The notes beneath the pieces are model-generated. The model was not told the origin of the DNA, ran no database searches, and saw only the letters and a list, made by a program, of their open reading frames with translations. A DNA stretch of 59,342 nucleotides, the filler included, from Bradymonadales bacterium (GTDB taxonomy: Bacteria; Bdellovibrionota; UBA2394), in the NCBI GenBank assembly GCA_007693605.1. It is 6 parts of 6 records of this genome, joined end to end, with 100 filler letters (N's around TTAATTAATTAA, not from the genome) between each part and the next. Parts side by side here need not be neighbours in the genome. Positions count along the whole stretch, not along the records: positions 1 to 17,324 come from REDG01000025.1; positions 17,425 to 34,268 come from REDG01000065.1; 4 more parts are not named here. One strand, 5' to 3'. This document shows, piece by piece, positions 17,177 through 26,793 of the stretch. Position 1 is the stretch's first letter. Each line of letters opens with the position of its first letter. Made by a program: the position numbers and the translations under genes.

Positions 17177-17251
17177 TGGAGCGGGAGAAGGGGATCGAAC
17201 CCTCGACCTTCTGCTTGGCAAGCAGACGCTCTACCACTGAGCTACTCCCGC
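17177..17251 (-). tRNA. tRNA-Gly (GCC)
   Basis: 75-nt cloverleaf GCGGGAG...TTGCCAA...CTCCCGCTCCA. Confidence 0.97.
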
Positions 17252-17324
17252 ATTTCACCGGGCGCTTTTTCTTTCTACAAAATCGGCGGTATAGACGGTG
17301 CTATAGCCAGTTTTGTTCTCGGAG

Positions 17325-17424
17325 NNNNNNNNNNNNNNNNNNNNNNNNNNNNNNNNNNNNNNNNNNNNTTAATTAATTAANNNNNNNNNNNNNNNNNNNN
17401 NNNNNNNNNNNNNNNNNNNNNNNN
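17325..17424. other. Artificial contig linker
   Basis: N44-TTAATTAATTAA-N44 (stops in all six frames). Confidence 0.99.
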
Positions 17425-17469
17425 CTCGGCTGAGGGACACTGCTACAGCCCAGTGTCAGGAATGTCTCC

Positions 17470-18102
17470 ATGAACTACACTTTAGGACGAAAGTCCCAGT
17501 CTCTAAAGAAGCGGGCGGCCAGAAACAAAGGCCGAGCCTACTCGCGGCCACTTCATTTGGGCTTAACGGGGGGCTTAGCTTCTGGAAAGTCCTCAGCGCT
17601 TAAAATCTTCAAGGCCTTGGGTTGGAAGACGATTTCGGCCGATGAGATTGTTCATCAAATTTATTCAGAAAAGGGGGAGAGTTTGGAGCGCTTGAGGCAA
17701 GAGGCGACTCAGTCGCCAAGAGCGCTCAAGAAACTAGAAGCCTGGATACACCCCCAGGTACGAAAGAGAGTTCGGAAAGATCTGAAAGAGAATGAAGGGC
17801 GATCGGTGGTGGTGGAAGTTCCCTTGTTGTTTGAGGGAAAGCTCGCCTCTGCTTTTGATGCGGTCTTGTTTGTTTATGCGCCAAAAAGTCTTCGAAAGAA
17901 GAGGGCAGTCAAAAGAGGCATGAGCCCAAAACTCTTTGAAAAACTAGACTCACGACAATACTCTGCCAAAGAAAAGGCCAAGCTCTCGGATCTGGTCCTT
18001 TTAAACTTAGACAAAAAAAAGCTTCGGCAACAAATCCTCGCCTTCCAGAAACTGAGCTGCCCTCTGAAGAGGGCAGCTACAATTTCTAAGTCGATAAAGT
18101 GA
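17470..18102 (+). CDS. coaE: Dephospho-CoA kinase
   Basis: GLTGGLASGKS, ADEIVH, LE..IHP.V, EVPLLFE. Confidence 0.93.
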   Translation: MNYTLGRKSQSLKKRAARNKGRAYSRPLHLGLTGGLASGKSSALKIFKALGWKTISADEIVHQIYSEKGESLERLRQEATQSPRALKKLEAWIHPQVRKRVRKDLKENEGRSVVVEVPLLFEGKLASAFDAVLFVYAPKSLRKKRAVKRGMSPKLFEKLDSRQYSAKEKAKLSDLVLLNLDKKKLRQQILAFQKLSCPLKRAATISKSIK

Positions 18103-18124
18103 GGATACTATCTTGAGTCTATCT

Positions 18125-19498
18125 CTAACGACCTGCTTGTTGCGTTTCGAAGAAGTCTGCACTGACTGGGATTGGAACTGGAACGCCATGGATATCAACC
18201 ATTATGTAGCGTTCTTGAATTCCATCATTCTGTGACCGCTCTGTTGCTGCTTGCATGATATCTGCGACTGTCGGTTGCCGAGACGACTGAAGAAGAGGAT
18301 TCTTTGGTCCCAGACTGAACAAGTTCGTGCTTGGGGCTATAGAAGCTTGCCTCTCAGCCTCTTCATCTGAAGCTTCTTGTTGTTCGACTTGCGCTTCATT
18401 GGCAGCGCCTCCATCGGATGCAAGCAGTGGAGGAAATTGTGAGGTTTCATAGCCCATTCTTCTCAATTGAGTGTTTTGAATGTCTGCAAGCTGACCTTTG
18501 GCCTTTCCAAGATCGATTTTGAGCTTATCGACAGTCTTTTGTAAGCCTTTACGCTTCTCTTTGAGATTTGCGATCGCAGTCTCCCGACTTTGGTCAGAAC
18601 CCTCGAGCTTACCAATCTGAGTATCGATGCCATCAAGCCTCCCCTGAGCGCTGCGAAGTTGTTCTTCAAGAGTATTCGATCGCGTCACCAGACCCTTAAA
18701 CTGCCGATCCATTTCACCTTTGTTTTCATCGATTTGTCCCTGCATGGCCTGTTGAAATTGATCGACTTTTTCGCTGTATTCTTGAACTCTTTCCGCAAGG
18801 CTTGGCAGGTCAGTAGTTTGCATCGCCGCCACTGCGGACTCAATTCCAGCAAGGTCATCTCGTAGGGCTTGAACCTCATCTCTTGTTTGCTGAATTGATT
18901 GTGCATTTACAGCGCCCACGGCAAGACTCGCTCGGTTCCCTCGATCCAGTCTCCCCATTCTTTGAGATACTTCTTCGTGGTTCTTCGCCTGAACCTTCAA
19001 GATTTCATCTCGGCTTTTATTGGATCGTTCCCGATCGATCTGATCCTTAATGACAAAGCCCGCGGGAATTGCTGCGAGAGCGGCTGCACTTAAGATGAAT
19101 CCCCACTTGCTAAGGTTTTTGGCATCGCTAGAATTGCTGCTTGCATTTTGTGCCGCGCGATTGGTTCCCCTTAAAAGATCCTCGATATTGGCCAATCGTT
19201 CTTCGATAGTCTCTTCGCCTTCGCCTTCGGCTTCTGCGCTGTCTTCGCCTTCGTCGAGAGCTTCCTCTTCGGCAGAGCCTTCCGTATCATCAATGGGTTC
19301 GATGTCTTCATCCCCTTGACCACTCGTATCCGGATTGCCTGAGTTAAAAGGAGGGGGGTTGCTATTACTTAGAGGCGGATTGGGCACTTGAAACTGAGGG
19401 CTCTGTTCAGGAATATCAGGCCCTGAACTACAAGCCACAAACACAAAGATCGATGCGAGTGCCGAGATCCATGTTTTTAAAGACATCTGTGATTTCAT
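18125..19498 (-). CDS. Coiled-coil lipoprotein with an internal hydrophobic segment
   Basis: Lipobox FVAC, acidic linker, long heptad region; GAGGAG RBS before ATG 19498. Confidence 0.75.
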   Translation of the reverse strand: MKSQMSLKTWISALASIFVFVACSSGPDIPEQSPQFQVPNPPLSNSNPPPFNSGNPDTSGQGDEDIEPIDDTEGSAEEEALDEGEDSAEAEGEGEETIEERLANIEDLLRGTNRAAQNASSNSSDAKNLSKWGFILSAAALAAIPAGFVIKDQIDRERSNKSRDEILKVQAKNHEEVSQRMGRLDRGNRASLAVGAVNAQSIQQTRDEVQALRDDLAGIESAVAAMQTTDLPSLAERVQEYSEKVDQFQQAMQGQIDENKGEMDRQFKGLVTRSNTLEEQLRSAQGRLDGIDTQIGKLEGSDQSRETAIANLKEKRKGLQKTVDKLKIDLGKAKGQLADIQNTQLRRMGYETSQFPPLLASDGGAANEAQVEQQEASDEEAERQASIAPSTNLFSLGPKNPLLQSSRQPTVADIMQAATERSQNDGIQERYIMVDIHGVPVPIPVSADFFETQQAGR

Positions 19499-19550
19499 TC
19501 TTATTCTCCTCAAGAGATTGTCCTTTGAAAATTTCTTCATCCCTTAAGAT

Positions 19551-19567
19551 CGCAAGTCTTATGCCAA
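19551..19567 (-). promoter_or_regulatory. Sigma54 -24/-12 promoter
   Basis: TTGGCATAAGACTTGCG (GG-N10-GC). Confidence 0.75.
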
Positions 19568-19673
19568 GGCCCTAAAAGCTAAGTATATAGAATCATTTGT
19601 GATTTCTGAGGAATCTCGGCTGAGACTGGGGCGTCCCTGTCCCAAAGACCGAGACAGAGTCGTCCGAATGGGC

Positions 19674-19711
19674 TCTAGCGCAGGGAGACATAACTGACAG
19701 AGGAGGCGTGG
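19674..19711. repeat. 38-bp exact dispersed repeat (copy at 37887-37924)
   Basis: TCTAGCGCAGGGAGACATAACTGACAGAGGAGGCGTGG in both places. Confidence 0.85.
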
Positions 19712-19754
19712 GTTCGAAGCGGCAGCTGTTCGCCAAAGCTCTCTGGCTCAAATG

Positions 19755-19790
19755 AAAAGCGTCTGATGCTTTGAGCATCAGACGCTTTTT
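19755..19790. terminator. Bidirectional intrinsic terminator
   Basis: Perfect 16-bp inverted repeat AAAAGCGTCTGATGCT/AGCATCAGACGCTTTT. Confidence 0.8.
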
Positions 19791-19819
19791 GTGCTGTGAG
19801 TGTGGAGTGTGGAGAAAAT

Positions 19820-21802
19820 TTATCTTGAAGAAGTGCTAGCAAAAAAGTTGTCTAGCTCCCCTTTTCCATCCAAGTAATTGTCAATGATTCGGAGCTGAGC
19901 TTCTGTGATATAGGTTCCCTCTGGAAAACTTCTAGTCACTCTTTCGCCTTCAGGACTCTCGAGTATCAATCCAACAAGTCGCCAAAGCTCACTCGTTGAG
20001 TCTTCGGTGGTGGCGGCATCAGGCTTGCTTGCTGTTGGGCTGGGTGCCGTGGCCTCAGGACCTTGAGCCAGGCTCGACTCATTGGAGGACTCAAATTTGG
20101 CTATATCGAAGCTGTACTTGCCGTTTCTTTCGACAATGAAGCCTCGCTCAGTATCATCTGCTCTTCGCGAGGGCCCATCCCAGTGCCTGACGCCGTTTTC
20201 AATTCGGTAGAATCGAATCAGAAAGTATTCTTCTCCTGTGATTCGGTTCGTCTCCGCCCGAACGGTGGCACCCCTTGTGCTACTCATCCTAGCTGCCGTT
20301 GTATCAAAACCCGAGCCGTTCGCTTGAAGAATGGCCAAGAGTTGGTTGATGTTTTGGTTGTCTCCTGTCCCTCTAGGAGTTCCAGATTGATTTTGAGAAA
20401 TAAGGAATAGAAGCAGAGCCCGTTGTTGTTCGGGGCTTAAGTTGGCCAGAGCGGAGTCGCCTGCGCTCGATGGTCGTTGTCCAAGTGCCAATAGAATTCT
20501 TTGCATTGTTTCTGAGTCTCCAGCACTGGAGGAGCCGTCTCCAAAGAGAGCAAGGATCAGGGCATTCCACTGTTCTTCCGACAGATCAGCATCTGCACCC
20601 TGTTGTGTGAGGATCGCGAGAATGCGTTCAATGTCTTGATCTCCAGCGGGTTTTCTTGGGCTGGGAGTTCCTTGGTTTCCCTGAAGAATAGCTAAGAGTT
20701 GGTTGATATCTTGGTTGTTTCCAGGAGTTCCAGATTGATTTTGAGAAATAAGGAATAGAAGCAGAGCCCGTTGTTGTTCGGGGCTTAAGTTGGCCAGAGC
20801 GGAGTCGCCTGCGCTCGATGGTCGTTGTCCAAGTGCCAATAGAATTCTTTGCATTGTTTCTGAGTCTCCAGCACTGGAGGAGCCGTCTCCAAAGAGAGCA
20901 AGGATCAGGGCATTCCACTGTTCTTCCGACAGATCAGCATCTGCACCCTGTTGTGTGAGGATCGCGAGAATGCGTTCAATGTCTTGATCTCCAGCGGGCT
21001 TTCTTGAAGGTCTGGCCTCTTGTTGAGCTTGATCCTGTAGAAGCCGAGCGATGAAAACATTCCAGTCTTCGTCCGTGCTGCCATATTGATTGTTTTGCGA
21101 TCTCAATCTCAGAATCAAAATTCGGAGCGCTTGCTCTTCCGTCAGCCCAAGTTCCGCTAAAATTTTCTGCAGATCGTCTGGTTCTGTGGGTCTACTATCT
21201 TGAGCTGGCGCCTGGTCGCCCCTTGCTCCTGAAGCTCGCCGAGAAGGGGGTTGATTGATCCTCCTGAAGGTGGAATACCCCTGCTGACTTGGTTGGCTAG
21301 CTTGACTCGGCACTTCGACTCGTCGGTCGTACTCTGAGGGGCTGCGACCATGGATTCTTGCAAACACAGTCATCTCGATGTCAAATCGCTGAACGACGAT
21401 GTCGCCGGTATCATCCCAATTCCTGTTCGCGGTGAGCAGTGCGCCGGTGTTCGGGTTGGTTCTACGCGCTCGAACAACTTGTTTGTCTCGGTCATAATAT
21501 AGGCCTTGTTCGATTAGGAGTGCCGTCGTGATCTCAAGGTAAGAGTCTGTCGGAAAGTTAGCGGGGATCCTGACAGAATGATTTCGGTAAGAATTGCCTA
21601 GAGCATCTTTGACAGAGGCTTGGAACATCTTGGGTCTCTCAAAGAACTTCTTGAGCTCCTCTTGACTAAGGGAGATTCTGGCGGGGTTTGCGGTCGTGGC
21701 CTGACTCAGTGTTAGACTCGAAAGGCTTAACAAACTAAGGCTGATAATCCTTAGCCAATTGCCCAGTCTCCCGGCTCTTACAAAGTTCAACATTTGCCTC
21801 AT
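19820..21802 (-). CDS. Secreted hypothetical protein with a 116-aa tandem helical repeat
   Basis: Signal-like segment; GGAGG RBS before ATG 21802; 20375-20650 duplicated at 20723-20998. Confidence 0.75.
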   Translation of the reverse strand: MRQMLNFVRAGRLGNWLRIISLSLLSLSSLTLSQATTANPARISLSQEELKKFFERPKMFQASVKDALGNSYRNHSVRIPANFPTDSYLEITTALLIEQGLYYDRDKQVVRARRTNPNTGALLTANRNWDDTGDIVVQRFDIEMTVFARIHGRSPSEYDRRVEVPSQASQPSQQGYSTFRRINQPPSRRASGARGDQAPAQDSRPTEPDDLQKILAELGLTEEQALRILILRLRSQNNQYGSTDEDWNVFIARLLQDQAQQEARPSRKPAGDQDIERILAILTQQGADADLSEEQWNALILALFGDGSSSAGDSETMQRILLALGQRPSSAGDSALANLSPEQQRALLLFLISQNQSGTPGNNQDINQLLAILQGNQGTPSPRKPAGDQDIERILAILTQQGADADLSEEQWNALILALFGDGSSSAGDSETMQRILLALGQRPSSAGDSALANLSPEQQRALLLFLISQNQSGTPRGTGDNQNINQLLAILQANGSGFDTTAARMSSTRGATVRAETNRITGEEYFLIRFYRIENGVRHWDGPSRRADDTERGFIVERNGKYSFDIAKFESSNESSLAQGPEATAPSPTASKPDAATTEDSTSELWRLVGLILESPEGERVTRSFPEGTYITEAQLRIIDNYLDGKGELDNFFASTSSR

Positions 21803-21851
21803 CTCTATTTCCTCCCAGAGAGCTCTTATTCTCTCGTCTCTGCCCAAAAGA

Positions 21852-21868
21852 TGCAGAAGTTGTGCCAA
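21852..21868 (-). promoter_or_regulatory. Sigma54 promoter
   Basis: TTGGCACAACTTCTGCA. Confidence 0.65.
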
Positions 21869-22047
21869 AATATTTACTGTGATTTCAGGGGTTTAGCGTC
21901 TTCAACCTGAGACATCTCTGTCCCCTTTGGGAAGTGGCCGCGACACTCAGGCCGCGGGAGCCAAGTCCATTTCAAGGGTTTATCGACTCCGTATCTGAGG
22001 CTTTTCAGTTGTGATTCACCAGAAATTCGGCAATCTTCCAGCCATAG

Positions 22048-23349
22048 ATGAGATCCCGCGCCTTGATCATTGCGCTCCTTATATTGGCTTCACTTGCGAG
22101 TTTTCTCTGGCTTCGTGGATTGCCACTTCCATCCGGCCATGAGTACCCCATGAATCGGGAACCGGTTCGAGTGCTGCTTTGGATGAGTATCGATGGGCTT
22201 CGGCCCGATTATGTTGATACTCAGAAAACCCCAAAGCTGTGGAGGCTAAAGTCTGAGTCCCTATGGACCGGACAGCTCATTCCGGGCTTTCCGACTCTGA
22301 CATTTCCGAGTCATGTAAGCCTGTCTACAGGGACTCAAGTTGAGACGCACGGAATTCCGATGAACTTTTTTTACGATCGCTCTCAACAGGAGTATTACTC
22401 CTATCCTGGAGATCCTGCTCTGCTTCAGGCCGAACCCATCTGGACGACAGCGACCCGTCAAGGCCTTCGCGTTGCGGTGATGGATTGGGTGTTATCTCAT
22501 GATCAGAAGGGAGAGAACCGGGCCGCCTATTTCAATTCTCATTATCGCCGAGGCCTGAGTGACCGAGAGAGGCTCAGCCAAATTCTGAGGGTTTTCGATC
22601 GAGATCGAAGCTCTCAACCCCTTCAGCTTTTGATGGTCTACGCCGTTGGCCCAGACTCTCTTGGGCATCGATATGGACCACACTCGAAAGAGGTCAGAGA
22701 AAAGATGGCTCAGCTCGATTCTGTCCTTCAGGATTTCTGGCTTCGGCTGATTGAGATTTGGGATCGAAAGATGCTGGCTCAAGACGAACTGATCGTCATG
22801 CTGACAACCGATCACGGCATGGCCGAGATTGAATTTACGGTTAACTTTGACGCTCTTTTGGGGCTCGACGAGAACTTTGACATTCCCGCGCCAACCGGCG
22901 GCAACATTGGGCAGGTCTTTTTGGATGGACTTTCAGAGGAAGCGCGCAAGCAGCAGATTGTTGAATTCAAAGAGAGGATGAAGCTCTTTCCCTTCGTTCG
23001 TGTGTATGAGCAAACCGAGCTTCCCAGCCGATGGGGCTATCAACACCCGGAGCGAGTGGGAGATCTCGTTTTTGTTTTAGAGAAGGGCTACGCTTTTGCT
23101 AGAATTTCTCAGGAGGTTCTTAGCCCCGTTCATGAGAACTCGGTTCTCAAGGGAATGCATGGCTATGATCCAGAAGACCCAGATATGTGGGGTTTCGGGC
23201 TCGTTTGGCGCTACCCGAGGCCCTTTCAGGCTGAGAACTTGGGGCCAGTCCAGGGCATTCGCTTGCATGCGACGGTGGCAGAACTGCTGGGTATTGAGGC
23301 TTCCCCACAAGCGGAATCGACTCCGATTCCGCTGCCCCAGTTGAATTAA
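22048..23349 (+). CDS. Nucleotide pyrophosphatase/phosphodiesterase (alkaline phosphatase superfamily)
   Basis: SIDGLR.DY, PTLTFPSH, D..GH.YGP, TDHGM, GMHGYD. Confidence 0.92.
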   Translation: MRSRALIIALLILASLASFLWLRGLPLPSGHEYPMNREPVRVLLWMSIDGLRPDYVDTQKTPKLWRLKSESLWTGQLIPGFPTLTFPSHVSLSTGTQVETHGIPMNFFYDRSQQEYYSYPGDPALLQAEPIWTTATRQGLRVAVMDWVLSHDQKGENRAAYFNSHYRRGLSDRERLSQILRVFDRDRSSQPLQLLMVYAVGPDSLGHRYGPHSKEVREKMAQLDSVLQDFWLRLIEIWDRKMLAQDELIVMLTTDHGMAEIEFTVNFDALLGLDENFDIPAPTGGNIGQVFLDGLSEEARKQQIVEFKERMKLFPFVRVYEQTELPSRWGYQHPERVGDLVFVLEKGYAFARISQEVLSPVHENSVLKGMHGYDPEDPDMWGFGLVWRYPRPFQAENLGPVQGIRLHATVAELLGIEASPQAESTPIPLPQLN

Positions 23350-24671
23350 GCCGTTTTTAATTTTAGCTCTGATCGCATTTTCTTAAAGAATCGCTGCGAC
23401 TTTGCAATCACCTTGTCCAGTGAGGCCACTTTGATTTTTCTGTGCTTCATCAAACACTTTCCACTCACATACACATCTTGTAGGTCGCTCGACTGCAAAC
23501 TGTAAATCAAATGGCTGTAGACATCCGAAAGGGGGGTCAGATGCGGCTTCTGAAAGTCATAGATTAAAAAATCTGCGTATTTGTTTGGTTCTAGGCTTCC
23601 CCGTTCGTCTCCCCATCCAAGCGCCTCAGCAGAAAGCCGAGTGGCCGATTCAAATAGCTCCGGACCGGAAAATGACTCAAGGTCTTTAGTTTGGAGTCGG
23701 TAAAGTTTTGCCAGAAACTGAAGCTCTCCCAGAATATCCAGACGGTTATTGCTGGCGGCTCCATCCGTCCCCAATGCAATTCGTAGACCTGTTTCTCTCA
23801 TCTCCTTCACTGGAGGAAAACCACTCGAAAGTTTTGCGTTGCATTGCGGATTGAGAACGGCTGTGACATTAGGCTTCGCGAGTCTCCGAATATCCGCACT
23901 GCTTAGGTGAATCGAGTGAGCGGTCAAGAGGTAGGGAGCTTGAAGTAAGCCTGCCTTATCAATCATTTCGGTGGGACTCATCTGATACTTCTCTCGAATC
24001 TCTGCCTCTTCGTGCTGCGTCTCTGAGAGGTGGATCATCACGGGGAGTTTCATCTCTTCTGAAAGCTCTTTTGTGGCCTTAAGAGTTTCGGGTCGGCAAG
24101 TGTAGGGAGCATGAGGCGCCAAGGCGACTTGAATTCGAGGATGAGACGGGTAGGTCTTTGCAAGCTGTCTTGCCTTCTCCAAGCTTTCTTGAAGGCTAGA
24201 GCTGTCCATTGAGCCGTGATCAAAATAGCTCGGGCCCAGAACTCCCAAAAGACCCATCTTGTCGACGAGCTTTCCGACTTCTTCTTGATAAAAATACATA
24301 TCCACCGAACAAATGACGCCGTTGAGCAGGCTCTCACACAAAGCTAACTCGGTTCCTGTTCGTACAAAGTCTGCACTCACCCACTTCTTCTCTGCCGGAA
24401 AGATATAGTCGAAGAGCCAGCTCTGAAGGTTGAGATCTTCGGCAATTCCGCGCAACAGGACCATCGCGAGATGGGTGTGCAAGTTATACAATCCGGGCGT
24501 CATCACGCTTCCAACTCTCTCTTCTAGCTGAAAGCTTCGAGACCGAGGCCGTTTACGAAATGCTCCCAGATCAAGAATCCTCTCTCCATCCACAGCCAGA
24601 AAGGCATCTTGAATCACTTCTCTCTGCTGGTTTGCCGTAACTAAAGCATCGACACGAAAAATTTTCTTCAT
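23346..24671 (-). CDS. mtaD: MTA/SAH deaminase-like amidohydrolase
   Basis: PGLYNLHTH, PHAPY, IHLSET, LGTDGAASNN; ATGA overlap with punA. Confidence 0.8.
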   Translation of the reverse strand: MKKIFRVDALVTANQQREVIQDAFLAVDGERILDLGAFRKRPRSRSFQLEERVGSVMTPGLYNLHTHLAMVLLRGIAEDLNLQSWLFDYIFPAEKKWVSADFVRTGTELALCESLLNGVICSVDMYFYQEEVGKLVDKMGLLGVLGPSYFDHGSMDSSSLQESLEKARQLAKTYPSHPRIQVALAPHAPYTCRPETLKATKELSEEMKLPVMIHLSETQHEEAEIREKYQMSPTEMIDKAGLLQAPYLLTAHSIHLSSADIRRLAKPNVTAVLNPQCNAKLSSGFPPVKEMRETGLRIALGTDGAASNNRLDILGELQFLAKLYRLQTKDLESFSGPELFESATRLSAEALGWGDERGSLEPNKYADFLIYDFQKPHLTPLSDVYSHLIYSLQSSDLQDVYVSGKCLMKHRKIKVASLDKVIAKSQRFFKKMRSELKLKTA

Positions 24672-25471
24672 TGGGGCCTCGTTTCTAGAACAGTTTTCAT
24701 CTCTTGAGAAAAGAATCGGTAAGACGAAGCCATACTGTCTAAAACTTCTTGGTGAGAGAGGGGGCTCTCTTTCACTCCGGTTCCGAGGTTCGCAACACAG
24801 CTGATTCCCAGAACCTGCGCCCCCATCTGTTTCAAGGCAATCGCCTCCCACACCGTCGACATGCCCACCAAATCTGCCCCCATTCGATGAAGCATTTGAA
24901 TCTCAGCGGCGGTCTCAAAACTAGGGCCGAGCACTCCGGCATAGACCGCCTCTCTAAATCTCTTCGATCGAGCCAGAATTCGTTTTCGCCAATCCTGAGA
25001 ATAAAGATCGCTCATGTCTGGAAATCGTTCGCCCCCATAGAGTTCTTTTCCGACCAAGGGGTTTTGCCCTGTAAAGTTAATGTGGTCAGAGATCAGAGCC
25101 AAATCTCCCGCATTGAAGCCCAGATGGGTTGAGCCAGAGGCGTTGGTGAGTACAAACTGACGGCAGCCCCATAGGCAAAGAAGTCTGGCGAGATAAACCA
25201 CTCGATCCGGAGAGTGTCCCTCATAACCATGAAGACGGCCCGATAAGATGCAGACTCGAAGGCCGTCAATCTTTCCCGTGATGAGCTCCCCTCGGTGGCC
25301 GATGACGCTCGACGCCTCCATTCCCGGAATCTCCGCATAGGAAATTTTGGATTCAATTTTCAGTTCATCGGCATAAGCGCTCAACCCGCTGCCTAAGACA
25401 ATGGAAAGTTCAGGGGCCTCTTTCAGCTCTCGACTGAGAAATTCTTGGCTCCGTTGAAAGTTTGTGTTCAT
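24668..25471 (-). CDS. punA: Purine nucleoside phosphorylase (trimeric type)
   Basis: IVLGSGL, GH.G.L, GR.H.YEG, TNASG, GPSFET.AE, VGMST. Confidence 0.93.
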   Translation of the reverse strand: MNTNFQRSQEFLSRELKEAPELSIVLGSGLSAYADELKIESKISYAEIPGMEASSVIGHRGELITGKIDGLRVCILSGRLHGYEGHSPDRVVYLARLLCLWGCRQFVLTNASGSTHLGFNAGDLALISDHINFTGQNPLVGKELYGGERFPDMSDLYSQDWRKRILARSKRFREAVYAGVLGPSFETAAEIQMLHRMGADLVGMSTVWEAIALKQMGAQVLGISCVANLGTGVKESPLSHQEVLDSMASSYRFFSQEMKTVLETRPQ

Positions 25472-26786
25472 CGCGCCACACTTTACGAATCAAAGGGGGC
25501 GCTGAAAAGCTTTCTTCTCGAATTTCATATGAAGATCGTGCGTAATCCTCAGCCTCTTCAATAGACTGAGTTGGCAGGTGGTAGATTTCGAGCAGGCTTT
25601 GACCCTTTTCAACAAATTCAGCCTCTTTGAGGGGGTGAAACAGGCCCACCTCTGCTTGAATTCGATCGGTCGCCCTTCGGCGACCCCCTCCAAGAGCCAC
25701 CAGGCTCCAGCCCAAGGCCTTCGATTTCCAGTGCAGGTAGCCAGACTGTGGGGCCAAAATTCGCTTGCGCTTCAGTCGCTGCTTAAGAGACTTGAGCTTC
25801 GCTCTGAGCTTCGACAAATTTCCCCCTTGAGCTTTGATCATTCGTTCCCAGTACCGCAAGGCTTCACCCGACCGAATTTTTTCTTGAATGCGTGACTCCG
25901 CCTCTTGTTCCTCAATACCGGACCTTTGCAGAAATGCCTTTGCGAACTCACGAGAGAGTTGAGTGGAGTCAGAAGGTCCGTCGCCCTGCAAAATGAGCTC
26001 CGTTTCAAGAATTTCTAACAAATTTCCGGAATAGTCTCCTAAGGGGGCTTGCATCGCCGTCTGAAAAAGATCACAAACGACGCCTGCTTCTCGAGCAATC
26101 TCTACCAACCAGCCGCCCAACTCTTCACTGCGCTCGGCTTCCGGAAAGAAAGCTCCATCTCCGTACTTCAGGTCGAGCAAAAGATAGTCCAAAGACTCTG
26201 ACAGCTTTTTCGACAAAATACTGCTGACCACCAAAGGAATGCTGGCGACGGTGCCCGTGATGTCTCGCAAGGCATACAAGACCCGATCGGCAGGGGCCAT
26301 TTTTTCACTTTGGGCTGCAAAGCAGGCCCGTTCTCTTTTCAAGAGAGTCTCAATTTCTCTTGCACTCCAACGGGTTCGACAGCCCGGAATGCTCTCAAGC
26401 TTATCGATGGTGCCGCCAGTATGTCCAAGACCTCGGCCCGCGATCATGGGGATATAGATCTCTTCGCTGCAGGCAGCGACCAGCGGAACCAAGGGAAGAG
26501 AGATTTTGTCTCCCACTCCGCCGGTGCTGTGCTTGTCCATTAAATAGGCATCGGCGGGAAACTTGTCTCGACGAATCTGATCGCCCGACAGTCGCATCTC
26601 GTTCATCAAATGGAAGCACTCCAGCTTGTTCATACCCCTGCAAAAAATAAACGCGAGTAAGGATGCGATTTGCTCGTCGGGCGGGGGCTCCTTGGAATTC
26701 AAAGATTTTACGAACGCATGAATCTCAGGAGGTGTGAATGCCTCCTCATTTTGCTTTTTAAAAATTAAAGGTCTTAAATCGGTCAT
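25410..26786 (-). CDS. pdp: Thymidine/pyrimidine-nucleoside phosphorylase
   Basis: DKHSTGGVGDK, GRGLGHTGGTIDKLESIPG, SILSKK. Confidence 0.92.
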   Translation of the reverse strand: MTDLRPLIFKKQNEEAFTPPEIHAFVKSLNSKEPPPDEQIASLLAFIFCRGMNKLECFHLMNEMRLSGDQIRRDKFPADAYLMDKHSTGGVGDKISLPLVPLVAACSEEIYIPMIAGRGLGHTGGTIDKLESIPGCRTRWSAREIETLLKRERACFAAQSEKMAPADRVLYALRDITGTVASIPLVVSSILSKKLSESLDYLLLDLKYGDGAFFPEAERSEELGGWLVEIAREAGVVCDLFQTAMQAPLGDYSGNLLEILETELILQGDGPSDSTQLSREFAKAFLQRSGIEEQEAESRIQEKIRSGEALRYWERMIKAQGGNLSKLRAKLKSLKQRLKRKRILAPQSGYLHWKSKALGWSLVALGGGRRRATDRIQAEVGLFHPLKEAEFVEKGQSLLEIYHLPTQSIEEAEDYARSSYEIREESFSAPPLIRKVWRDEHKLSTEPRISQSRAERGP

Positions 26787-26793
26787 CTCCGAG

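Noticed and set aside
16748..17251. CRISPR array interpretation of the 32-nt repeats
   Set aside because: Repeats are tRNA-Gly 3' ends, spacers are 111 nt and homologous to each other, and no cas genes are present.
17252..17324. Anti-D-arm leader for tRNA-Gly
   Set aside because: No copy of GCTCAGTGGTAGAGC in the 73 bp available before the gap.
16498..17380. Repetitive ORFs (MEREKGIEPST..., MLSKAALCSP...)
   Set aside because: Translations of the tRNA and its tandem repeats.
17325..17424. TTAATTAATTAA motif repeated five times
   Set aside because: Artificial six-frame-stop contig spacer inside N runs.
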